Shown one piece after another: positions 16,910-25,671 of a DNA stretch of 38,488 nt. Position 1 is the first letter of the stretch, and each line of letters opens with the position of its first letter. Source of the DNA: a virus. Taxonomy: Duplodnaviria > Caudoviricetes. The stretch spans positions 1 through 38,488 of IMG/VR virus record IMGVR_UViG_3300048855_000191. One strand, given 5' to 3'. A program made the translations under genes and the position numbers. The notes below the pieces were generated by a model that did not search any database, had not been told where the DNA came from, and saw only the letters and a list, made by a program, of their open reading frames with translations.

Positions 16910-17301
16910 GCCCCATCCTGGTCATCAGCTTCCGCGGCAATCGTCGCGCACCAGTCAAAGAACAGATCAAGTTCTTTCGACTTATCGAACAGGGCGTCCG
17001 CTCCCAGTTCCAAGCTCCGACGTCTCATCTCGTCAGTCGGGTAATTTGTCAGGACCACCATTTGTTGACGTGGCAGGCGGTCTCGGCATGAACGAAGAAC
17101 CGCGAGTCCAGAGCCTTCCCGCAGGAACAGGTCCACTATCGCCAACTGCCAGCTATCGCCATGCCTCGCGAGAGCTGCGATCGCGTCGCCTTCGGTCTCC
17201 GCAACGGCAATCACTTCTACTCCGGCCAGTTCAGCAAGGGCCGGTATTAGGTTTTTCCGTATGGTCTCACTGTCTTCGACGAGGACGGTAGCGAGCGGCA
17301 T
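16888..17301 (-). CDS. Stand-alone response regulator receiver domain (CheY-like)
   Basis: VLVED, IVDLFL.EGSG (phospho-Asp), VLTN and GADALFDKS. Confidence 0.92.
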   Translation of the reverse strand: MPLATVLVEDSETIRKNLIPALAELAGVEVIAVAETEGDAIAALARHGDSWQLAIVDLFLREGSGLAVLRSCRDRLPRQQMVVLTNYPTDEMRRRSLELGADALFDKSKELDLFFDWCATIAAEADDQDGAKQCPPG

Positions 17302-17423
17302 AAAAAACGTTCGTCTAAGTTACGTAAGTGCAGACTTTTTACGTACGCGGATTGTGACACCACGGATTCTTCCAAACTAGCTCGTTGTCCTGTAGGAGGA
17401 GGCCGCATCGCTGCTCCCTGATG

Positions 17424-17473
17424 CCCCCTCTAGGGTTCGACTCCAAACTAAGCGCTAGCAACACTCGCGGGCA
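17424..17473 (+). promoter_or_regulatory. Putative late promoter copy 2 (terS, leaderless)
   Basis: CCCCCTCTAGGG-N24-AACACT-N7-ATG. Confidence 0.65.
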
Positions 17474-18420
17474 TGGCAACACGCAAGCCGGCCAAGGGGC
17501 AGGCGCCCGCACCGAAGAAGATCACCACCAAGCCCGCCGCCCCTAAGAAGGCCGCGGGCATGCCTGCGCGCAAGAAGGCGCCGCCAGCGAAGGCGAAGAG
17601 GGCCGCACCGCCCGCGCCGGCCGCCGCCAAGGAGCCCGCACAGCTGGGCCTCACCGACCTCCAGCAGCGCTTCATCGACGAGTACCTCGTTGACCTGAAC
17701 GGCACCCAGGCAGCCATTCGGGCCGGCTACAGCCCGGACACCGCTCGGCAGATGGCGTCCGAGAACCTGTCAAAACCGTACCTCCAGGTTGCCATTGCGG
17801 AAGCACGCCAGCGACAGCAGGAGCGCACGCACATCGAAGCCGACCGCGTGGTGCTGGAGGCCTGGAACATCGTCTTCGCAGACCCGCGCGAGCTCGTGCA
17901 GGTGAAGGTCGGCTGCTGCCGGCACTGCTGGGGCGAGGGCTTCAAATTCCAGCGCACCATCGGCGAGTTCAATCACGACCGCGAGCAGCACGCCCTCAAG
18001 GGCGGCGCTCCCGTGGACTTCGACGAGAAAGGCGGCATCGGCTTCGATCCGCTCAAGCCGCCGCACCCAGCGTGCCCCGACTGCGGCGGCGACGGGCATC
18101 CGCGCACTGTGCTGGCCGACACGCGCCACCTCTCTGCCCCGGCGCGTGCGCTCTACGCCGGCGCCAAGATGACGAAGTACGGCGTCGAGGTGCAGATGCA
18201 CGACAAGGCCGCCTTCGCCGAGAAGCTCTTCAAGCACCTGGGCCTCTACGAGAAGGACAACCAGCAGAAGACCGATCCGCTGGCAGCGCTCCTGCGCCGG
18301 ATCTCGAACGGCAACGCCAACGGGTTCCGGCCTGTGGCCGACGATCCCGAGGCGCCCGGTGCTGGCACTGCGGTGCCGAACGGCATGCAGCCGCGCCAGG
18401 ACGTGGACGGCGAGGACTGA
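17473..18420 (+). CDS. terS: Terminase small subunit
   Basis: LTDLQQRFIDEYLVDLNGTQAAIRAGYS...ASENLSKP and DK...EKLFKHLGL. Confidence 0.92.
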   Translation: MATRKPAKGQAPAPKKITTKPAAPKKAAGMPARKKAPPAKAKRAAPPAPAAAKEPAQLGLTDLQQRFIDEYLVDLNGTQAAIRAGYSPDTARQMASENLSKPYLQVAIAEARQRQQERTHIEADRVVLEAWNIVFADPRELVQVKVGCCRHCWGEGFKFQRTIGEFNHDREQHALKGGAPVDFDEKGGIGFDPLKPPHPACPDCGGDGHPRTVLADTRHLSAPARALYAGAKMTKYGVEVQMHDKAAFAEKLFKHLGLYEKDNQQKTDPLAALLRRISNGNANGFRPVADDPEAPGAGTAVPNGMQPRQDVDGED

Positions 18421-18422
18421 CC

Positions 18423-20105
18423 ATGGCGGCGAAGGTGCAGGACGACGAGCGCGACGACTGGCTGCCCGAGCTCGCCGGCGGCTCTGCGCTCGATAAGCAG
18501 CTCTGGCCGGACAAGCCGCGCGACCTCAAGCGCGTCACGGTCATCCCGCCTTCGCAGGCTCCCCAGGACGAAGCGGAGCTAGAGCGCTGCCTTGCGGACC
18601 CCGAATGGCGGCTGTTCAGCGGGTGCCTCTACCAGATCATCGTGAAGGGGAAGAGCGAGGGCGACGACGACCTTGTGCAGCCCTTCATTCCGAACCGCGC
18701 GCAGAAGCGCTTCATCCGCCGCCTCTGGCACCGCAACATCATCCTCAAGGCGCGGCAGCTCGGCTTCACGACCCTCATCGCCATCCTCTGGCTGGACCAC
18801 GCCCTGTTCAACGGCAACCAGCGCTGCGGCATGATCGCGCAGGACCGCGAGACGGCCGAGGCGATCTTCCGCGACAAGGTGGTGTTTGCTTACGACCATC
18901 TGCCCGAGGAACTGCGGGAGCGCTTCCCGCTCGCCCGGGCGAGCACGAAGGAATTGCTCTTCGGCCACAACAACAGCAGCCTGCGGGTGGCGACCAGCGT
19001 GCGCGGCGGCACCATCCACCGGCTGCACGTCTCCGAGTTCGGGAAGATCTGCGCCAAGTTCCCTGCGAAGGCCAACGAGGTGGTCACAGGCTCGATCCAG
19101 GCCGTGCCCTTGTCGGGCATCCTGGTCATCGAGAGCACGGCCGAGGGCACGGACGGCGAGTTCTATCAGATGTGCCAGCGCGCCCAGGCGCTCGTGGCCG
19201 GTGCGCAGAAGCTCACGCCGAGCCAGTACCGGTTCCACTTCTACGCCTGGTGGCAAGACCCGACGTACTCCATGGACCCGGCTGGCGTCGCGGTCAGCAA
19301 CGAGCAGCACGACTACTTCAACGACCTCGAGCAGCGGCTCGGCTGCAAGATCGACAGCGGCCAGCGCGCTTGGTACGTGGAAAAGCTCCGCAACGACTTC
19401 TCCGGCAAGGAGGAGAAGATGTGGCAGGAGTACCCCTCGACGCCGGAGGAGGCATTCCAGCAGTCCACGGCGGGCCACTACTACGCGAAGGACATGGTGC
19501 TGCTGCGCAAGCGCGGCGGCATCTGCCACGTGCCGGTGCTGGACCTGCCGGTGTACACCTTCTGGGACATCGGCAACAGCGACGGCACAGCCATCTGGTT
19601 CATGCAGGTGCTGCGCGGCGAGGACCGCTTCATCGGCTACTACGAGGAGCACGAGGAAGACCTGCGCCACTACGCGCGCCACCTGCAGGAGAGGGGCTAT
19701 CTCTACGGCGGCCACTTCCTGCCCCATGACGCAGACCACAAGCGGCTCGGCGACTACAACCGCAGCACGCGGGAGCAGCTGCAGCTGCTGCTGCCCGGCC
19801 AGGCCTTCTTCATCGTGCCGCGCGTCACCGAGCTGATGACCGGCATCTACGCCGTGCGCAAGCACATCAAGGGCGCCTTCTTCGACATCGACGGCACGAA
19901 GCAGGGCATCGAGCGCATCCAGGGCTACCGGAAGAAGTTCAGCCAGTCCGAAGGGCGCTTCATCGACCAGCCCGACAAGAGCAACGGGTGCACCGAAGGC
20001 GCCGACGCGCTGCGCCAGTGGGCGCAGGCCAAGGAACTGGACCTGCTGAGCAGCCTGACCCAGAACGGAAGCTACGTGGAGGCGCCTGAGCCTGTCTGCG
20101 TGTGA
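18423..20105 (+). CDS. terL: Terminase large subunit
   Basis: Walker A ILKARQLGFTT, LHVSE Walker B, IESTA coupling motif, nuclease FWDIG and LPHD; ATG 18423 with GAGG RBS. Confidence 0.95.
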   Translation: MAAKVQDDERDDWLPELAGGSALDKQLWPDKPRDLKRVTVIPPSQAPQDEAELERCLADPEWRLFSGCLYQIIVKGKSEGDDDLVQPFIPNRAQKRFIRRLWHRNIILKARQLGFTTLIAILWLDHALFNGNQRCGMIAQDRETAEAIFRDKVVFAYDHLPEELRERFPLARASTKELLFGHNNSSLRVATSVRGGTIHRLHVSEFGKICAKFPAKANEVVTGSIQAVPLSGILVIESTAEGTDGEFYQMCQRAQALVAGAQKLTPSQYRFHFYAWWQDPTYSMDPAGVAVSNEQHDYFNDLEQRLGCKIDSGQRAWYVEKLRNDFSGKEEKMWQEYPSTPEEAFQQSTAGHYYAKDMVLLRKRGGICHVPVLDLPVYTFWDIGNSDGTAIWFMQVLRGEDRFIGYYEEHEEDLRHYARHLQERGYLYGGHFLPHDADHKRLGDYNRSTREQLQLLLPGQAFFIVPRVTELMTGIYAVRKHIKGAFFDIDGTKQGIERIQGYRKKFSQSEGRFIDQPDKSNGCTEGADALRQWAQAKELDLLSSLTQNGSYVEAPEPVCV

Positions 20106-20116
20106 GGACCACCAAC

Positions 20117-22438
20117 ATGAATGACCAGACCAACACCCCCGACCCCGTCGACACGCCCGATGGGGACGTGCCGCTCTCGCTCGCCGAGTACCGCGACATC
20201 ATCGAAGAGATCGAGAACCAGCCGCGCACCTGGCGCCGCACCGCGGACCGCGAAATGGACTACGCCGACGGCAACCAGCTCGACACCGAGCTGATCCGCG
20301 CGATGAAGGCGCAGGGCATCCCGACCACCATGGAGAACCTGATCGGCGCGGCGCTGGAGGGCATTCGCGGCTACGAAGAGGCGACGCGCACCGACTGGCG
20401 CGTGACGCCCAACGGCCAGCCGGGCGGCCAGGACGTGGCGGACGCGATCAGCTTCAAGCTCAACGAGGCAGAGCGATTGAGCAAGGCGGATGACGCTTGC
20501 AGCGGCGCGTTCTATCCGCAGATCGCCGTGGGCCTCGGATGGGTGGAAGTCAGCCGCAACTCCGATCCGTTCGCCTATGCGTACCAGTGCAACACGGTGC
20601 ACCGCAACGAGATCCACTGGGCGTGGGACTGCAAGCCGGACCTGAGCGACTGCGCGTGGCTGCGCCGCCAGCGGTGGATGCACCCGTCGCGCCTGGCGCG
20701 TGTCTTCCCTGATCACAAGGAACTGATCCGCCGCTTCGGCCGCGCCGGCATCAACTGGTGGTCCGAGTTCGACGAGACCCAGTACGGCGGCGGCAGCACC
20801 GGCCTGAACAGGGCATGGGACATAGCGCGCGAGTGGACGCGGCTGGAAGACCGGTGGTTCAACCCGATGAACAAGGAGGTCTGCGCGTCCGAGCTCTGGT
20901 ACCGCCGCTGGTCGAACGTGACGCTCCTCAAGAGCCCGGACGGCCGCGTGGTGCAGTTCGACGAGAACAACCCGGCGCACGTCTTCGCCGTGACGAAGCA
21001 GCGCGTGCAGGTCATGCGCGCCACGGTGCCGGTGGTGCGCCGCAGCTATTGGCTTGGCCCGCACGTCCTGTTCGATGGGCCGAGCCCGTACGCGCATCGC
21101 TACTTCCCCTACGTGCCGTTCTGGGGATTCCGGGAGGACAGCACGGGCGTGCCGTTCGGCTACGTGCGCAACCTGATGGACCAGCAGGACACGCTCAACA
21201 ACGGAAACGCGCGGCTGCGCTGGGGCATGAGCTCCTACCGCACTGAGCGTACGAAGGGCGCGCTCGACATGCCGGATGATGTGTTCCGCCGCACCATCGC
21301 CCGCCCGGACGCCGACATCGTGCTGAACGCGGCCCACATGGCGCAGCCCGGCGCGCGCTTCGAGGTGAAGCGGGACTTCCAGGCCAACGCGCAGCAGCTC
21401 GAGCAGCTCCAGAACGCGCGCAATGCGATCGAGCGCATCAACCCCGCCGCCGCGGGCGCGTTCTCCGGCCGGCGCGGCACTGCGACCAGCGGCGTGCAGG
21501 AGGAGACCCAGGTCGAGCAGGCGAACCAGTCGCTGGCACACATGATGGGCAACTTTAAGCGTGGGCGTACCCAGGTGGGCGAAATGCTGATGTCGATGAT
21601 CGTGCAGGACATCGGCTCGCAGCAGCACGTCGTCGTCATCGAGGGCGATGCGGTCACGGCTGATCGAACTGTCGTCATCAACAAGCCGGAGACGGACCCT
21701 GTCACCGATGTCCCGTACCTGTCGAACGACCTGCAGCGGACCATGCTCCAGGTCGGTCTGGAAGACGTGCCCAGCACGAAGACCTACCGCGCGCAGCAAC
21801 TCAACGCAATGAGCGAGTCGGTCAAGAGCCTGCCGTCGCAATACCAGGCCGCGGCCATGCCGTTCCTGGCCAGCCTCATGGACGTGCCGTTCAAGCGCGA
21901 GCTCGTCGAGGCATTGCGCGCGGCCGCCACACAGGAGACGCCCGAGCAGGTGGAGCAGCGCATCCAGCAGGCGGTGCAGGACGCGCTCGCAAAGGCTGGC
22001 AACGACCTCAAGGCGCGCGAACTCGACATGAAGGAGCGTCTGACGGAGGCGCAGATCAAGCAGATCATGGCCCAGGCGGTGCAGACCGGCGTGCAGGCGG
22101 CCTTCGCGGCGATGCAGGGTGGCGCGCAGGTGGCGCAGATGCCGATGATCGCGCCCATCGCCGACGCGATCATGCAGGGCGCCGGCTACCAGCGGCCCAG
22201 CCCGGGCGGCGACGATCCGAATTTTCCCATGCCGGCGCAGACCGCGGCCATGAACATCAAGAGCCCGTACATCCAAGGTCAGGGCTCAGCCACCGCCTCC
22301 GCTGCGACGGAGGAGGCAGGTGCAGCGCCACTTGTGGAAGAGAACACCAGCCCATTGTTTCCGCCACGGACAGCGAACAGCGCCACGGGCATGGATGGCA
22401 TCGAGACGACACGGGTATCCGACAACACACCGATATGA
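20117..22438 (+). CDS. Portal protein (P22/933W-like podovirus type)
   Basis: Follows terL; YADGNQ, FPYVPFWGFRED..GVPFGYVR and TATSG..E..QVEQ; C-terminal coiled coil. Confidence 0.85.
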   Translation: MNDQTNTPDPVDTPDGDVPLSLAEYRDIIEEIENQPRTWRRTADREMDYADGNQLDTELIRAMKAQGIPTTMENLIGAALEGIRGYEEATRTDWRVTPNGQPGGQDVADAISFKLNEAERLSKADDACSGAFYPQIAVGLGWVEVSRNSDPFAYAYQCNTVHRNEIHWAWDCKPDLSDCAWLRRQRWMHPSRLARVFPDHKELIRRFGRAGINWWSEFDETQYGGGSTGLNRAWDIAREWTRLEDRWFNPMNKEVCASELWYRRWSNVTLLKSPDGRVVQFDENNPAHVFAVTKQRVQVMRATVPVVRRSYWLGPHVLFDGPSPYAHRYFPYVPFWGFREDSTGVPFGYVRNLMDQQDTLNNGNARLRWGMSSYRTERTKGALDMPDDVFRRTIARPDADIVLNAAHMAQPGARFEVKRDFQANAQQLEQLQNARNAIERINPAAAGAFSGRRGTATSGVQEETQVEQANQSLAHMMGNFKRGRTQVGEMLMSMIVQDIGSQQHVVVIEGDAVTADRTVVINKPETDPVTDVPYLSNDLQRTMLQVGLEDVPSTKTYRAQQLNAMSESVKSLPSQYQAAAMPFLASLMDVPFKRELVEALRAAATQETPEQVEQRIQQAVQDALAKAGNDLKARELDMKERLTEAQIKQIMAQAVQTGVQAAFAAMQGGAQVAQMPMIAPIADAIMQGAGYQRPSPGGDDPNFPMPAQTAAMNIKSPYIQGQGSATASAATEEAGAAPLVEENTSPLFPPRTANSATGMDGIETTRVSDNTPI

Positions 22439-22507
22439 ATCCGTCGTTCCTTGGTGTTGATCTGAGTTTCAGAGGCGAGCGAATTCGATGTGAGGCGCGA
22501 TCTCGGG

Positions 22508-24217
22508 CTAGGTGAAGTCGACCCGCCAAAGATGGGCGGCACGACGCGCCATCCTCTCCTGTCGCGCGTCCAGCTTCGCAGGGGTCCAGTCATCACCGAT
22601 CTCGCCAGGCAAAGCACTGCTCGTTGTGTAGCGGCTTCGACCGTAGGCATCGAGTTTGGTCTGTAGGTCCGCGTTGCCTATGGTCCTGTTCAATGTTGGT
22701 TCCAGCCACGTTAGATTTCCGATGCGGTCGATGTACCGTTCGAACGTATCTCGTGTGAAGGAGGCCTCCCAGACTGCAGTTGGATTGACAGGAAGAATGT
22801 GCTCCACAGTCCCAGGATCAGAGTCTGCATCGCATGCGCGCTGAGAGGCATCTGCTTCGAGGCGCGCGAGGATGTATCTAACCAGTTTGCTTCCCTGTCC
22901 GGTGCTGTCAGGTGCAAAGAATGCAAACTCCTGAGTGAAGCGATCGTCTTCGACATAGACAGAACGCAGTGCCCCAAAGATCTCTCCTGGGGTTTTCAGG
23001 TGGCCCTCGAGGACACCTTTCGCCGCCTCATGAAACACTAGCTCGAGCCGGTTAGTGTTCAGCGCGCTCACCGCGCTATATCGGAAGAGAATCACGACAA
23101 GCATTTTCAGCACGCGGGCGAAATCTGCTTGGTCGAGCCGCTCCCAGGCTGCGAAGACAAGGGGAGTCATCTGCCTCACGCGCAGCACGTTCAGATCCCG
23201 AATGTGAGGTGCACTTTCGCGCCGATCGATCCAATACTGATGTTGAGGGTCGAAGAGCGCAGCAAAAACCTCTGCCCTGCGTTCGAGGGCCTCCAACAGA
23301 TCAAAGGTATCTTGCCCTGTACGCACGCGATCGCGAACAAGCTTGAAAAGGCGTTGAGTTCTCACGCGCGGCAACTCGCATTGCAAGTGGTACCGCAGGA
23401 ACTCGGGAAATCGTTCCTGATGCACCGTAATCATGAGCGATTTCCAGCGACGCTGTAGCGCTTCAAGGTCGGCCGCAGTGCGCAACCTTGAGAAGAGATA
23501 GTTCTTAAGCAGATCTGTAGCGGAGAGCTCTAGCCCTCGCGCATTCAGCGTCTCGAAGACCGTGTACGCATTGAGTTCATCGTCGACGGCGATGCGAATG
23601 AACATGAGCTGGCGACCGGTCGTCTCAGACACCAGGCGCGCCAGCTGCGTCCCGTCAGTGGTGCCGTCTGACCAACTTTCCACCTGGCGCTTGAAGTATG
23701 AGAAGCACTGCCACAGCAATTTGTTGGACTTCGACAGTCCTCGAGGATTGATAGGGGTCCGAAGCTGAACAAGGTAGTCTTGGTAGAAGGCGTTGTCACT
23801 GTCATTCAACGTGAGCTTGCTCGCTTCAACCAATGAAGCGGGGTCTTTCTCGCCAATAAATCTCGCCCGCAATGCAGCAGCTCGCTGCTCGTTGTCGTCG
23901 GCACTGATTCCTTGATCCCTCAGTTGAAGCAATCGCGAGATCACTGCCAAAACCAGCAGGCTCAGAGTTGCGAGGCGCTGCTGCCCGTCAATGACGGCGA
24001 ACTCTCGGTCGGACCGTCCTTCAACCACCAGAGCACCCATGTAGTGCGTGTCCTCAGGACGTTCTGAGAGCTCCTTGAGGTCAGTCCAGAGGTCTTCCCA
24101 TTGCTCTTCGGTCCAAGAATAGTCCCGCTGATATGGCGGGACGGTATATAGGCGTCCATTCCCGATCAGTTCGAGGAAAGTTGAAGTGCCAGTGTTTAGA
24201 AGATTGGCTTTGGCCAT
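22508..24217 (-). CDS. gmrSD: GmrSD-family (DUF262 + DUF1524/HNH) modification-dependent restriction endonuclease
   Basis: PPYQRDYSW, IDGQQRL, FETLNARG, VEHILP and IGNLTWL...N; ATG 24217 with GGAG RBS; lower GC; antisense to the virion genes. Confidence 0.9.
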   Translation of the reverse strand: MAKANLLNTGTSTFLELIGNGRLYTVPPYQRDYSWTEEQWEDLWTDLKELSERPEDTHYMGALVVEGRSDREFAVIDGQQRLATLSLLVLAVISRLLQLRDQGISADDNEQRAAALRARFIGEKDPASLVEASKLTLNDSDNAFYQDYLVQLRTPINPRGLSKSNKLLWQCFSYFKRQVESWSDGTTDGTQLARLVSETTGRQLMFIRIAVDDELNAYTVFETLNARGLELSATDLLKNYLFSRLRTAADLEALQRRWKSLMITVHQERFPEFLRYHLQCELPRVRTQRLFKLVRDRVRTGQDTFDLLEALERRAEVFAALFDPQHQYWIDRRESAPHIRDLNVLRVRQMTPLVFAAWERLDQADFARVLKMLVVILFRYSAVSALNTNRLELVFHEAAKGVLEGHLKTPGEIFGALRSVYVEDDRFTQEFAFFAPDSTGQGSKLVRYILARLEADASQRACDADSDPGTVEHILPVNPTAVWEASFTRDTFERYIDRIGNLTWLEPTLNRTIGNADLQTKLDAYGRSRYTTSSALPGEIGDDWTPAKLDARQERMARRAAHLWRVDFT

Positions 24218-24347
24218 GTTTTTTCTCCGGCGAGGTGAGGTCGGGAGGGATCTGCAAAGGAGCATTTCTCCGTCCAGCATCCGCTCTTTTGGCGATTCTG
24301 CCCTAGGGCGCGACGCACGCGGTCGTGGGGCGATCCGTGGAGAACGA

Positions 24348-24397
24348 CCCCCTGTAGGGTTTTCCGAGTGAACGTGCCCCCGGCACAGTCGCGTCAA
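24348..24397 (+). promoter_or_regulatory. Putative late promoter copy 3 (scaffold-capsid operon)
   Basis: CCCCCTGTAGGG-N24-CACAGT-N7-A24397. Confidence 0.65.
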
Positions 24398-24569
24398 GCG
24401 TGGAGCGAAAGCGAAGCGCGAAGCAGCCCGCTCGTGAGAGCCGGCGCCTCCCCCGAAAGGGCGCGAGGCATTCCCACCTGCTGGAGGTGTACGGGGTAGG
24501 GCTTCGGCCCTGCCCGGTGCTCCAAATGCGGATGTCCCCTGCGGCCACGGCGATATGTGGCGGACGAGC
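24397..24569 (+). ncRNA. Structured multi-hairpin RNA or 5' leader
   Basis: Closing helix TGGAGC/GCTCCA encloses hairpins capped by GTGA, GAAA and TTCG tetraloops. Confidence 0.55.
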
Positions 24570-25619
24570 ATGACGGCAACAACGACCGAGAACTTCTTTG
24601 ACGGCATCGACGGCGCGCTGACGCTGGAGCAGGCTGCCCAGGCTATGGCCTTGGCAGAACAGGGCGATACCGGCGGCAAGCCGGAAGACGGTGGCGCGCC
24701 CGCGACCACCACTGCAACCGACGACAAGGGCCCCGAGAAGACCGAGACTCCCGACAACGGGCAGCCCAAGGCTGACGACAAGGCGACCACCCCCGGCGTA
24801 GACGACGCGGGCACCAAGGACGACGAGACGGGCATCGATCCGTCCAAGGCCGTGGTGCTGGCGCGGGATGGCAAGCACACCATCCCCTACGAACGCCTGG
24901 AGAAGGCCCGCCAAGGCGAGCAGCACTGGAAGGCTCAGGCCGAGGAAGCCCAGCGACAGCTGGTCGATCTCAAGGCGCAGGCTGACGCGCGAGCGGATGC
25001 CGGTCAGGCCCCGACCAAGACCGACAACATGGTTGCCACCGCAGAGGCAGCCATCGAGAAGGGCGTGGACCCGGGCCTGTTCGGTGACTTCTCCGAAGAG
25101 GCTCTCGCCGCTGGCATCGCCAAGCTGGTGCAGCAGCAGGTGGAGGCGCAGGTCGGCAAGGCCGTCGCGCCGCTGCAGGCGAAGCAACAGCGAGACGCTG
25201 CCACGGCCCACTACGAGGCGATCTACAAGGCGCACCCCAACGCTGACTCCATCGTGGAGAGCGCCGAGTTCAAGGCCTGGGTGGAGGCGCACCCGAGCGC
25301 GGTGCGCGACGCCTACTGGAAGCTGTTCGACCCCGCGACGGGCGGGACCGCCGATCAGATCGTCGAGGTGTTCGACGCCTTTACGAAGACGGGCAAAGAA
25401 GTTCCAACGGCCGCGGCCCCTGACAAGGCCGCGGCAAAGGCCGCCGTTGCTTCCGCGCGCGCAGAGCCGCCGCCCAGCCTCACCAGCATCCCTGGTGGCC
25501 GGGCAGACGGGCTCTCGCCGCAAGAGCGCATGGCGAGCATGGGTGGTGACGAGCTGTACGCGGCCATGGAAAACATGAACCCCGCACAGATCGAAGCCTT
25601 TCTGAACAAGCAACTTTAG
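24570..25619 (+). CDS. Probable scaffolding protein
   Basis: Acidic low-complexity N-terminus, DGKHTIPYERL and a coiled coil; lies between portal and capsid. Confidence 0.72.
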   Translation: MTATTTENFFDGIDGALTLEQAAQAMALAEQGDTGGKPEDGGAPATTTATDDKGPEKTETPDNGQPKADDKATTPGVDDAGTKDDETGIDPSKAVVLARDGKHTIPYERLEKARQGEQHWKAQAEEAQRQLVDLKAQADARADAGQAPTKTDNMVATAEAAIEKGVDPGLFGDFSEEALAAGIAKLVQQQVEAQVGKAVAPLQAKQQRDAATAHYEAIYKAHPNADSIVESAEFKAWVEAHPSAVRDAYWKLFDPATGGTADQIVEVFDAFTKTGKEVPTAAAPDKAAAKAAVASARAEPPPSLTSIPGGRADGLSPQERMASMGGDELYAAMENMNPAQIEAFLNKQL

Positions 25620-25671
25620 TTGCGCAGGCATCGCCGGGAGGCGAGGCCTTTCCCAGTGAAGGAGGCCGACC

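Noticed and set aside
24301-24308. CCCTAGGG as a fourth late-promoter motif
   Set aside because: It lacks the central two bases, the C5 run and the correctly spaced hexamer.
24218-24883. N-terminal extension of the 791-aa GmrSD ORF
   Set aside because: It overlaps the scaffold gene and the structured RNA; the real start is ATG 24217 with a GGAG RBS.
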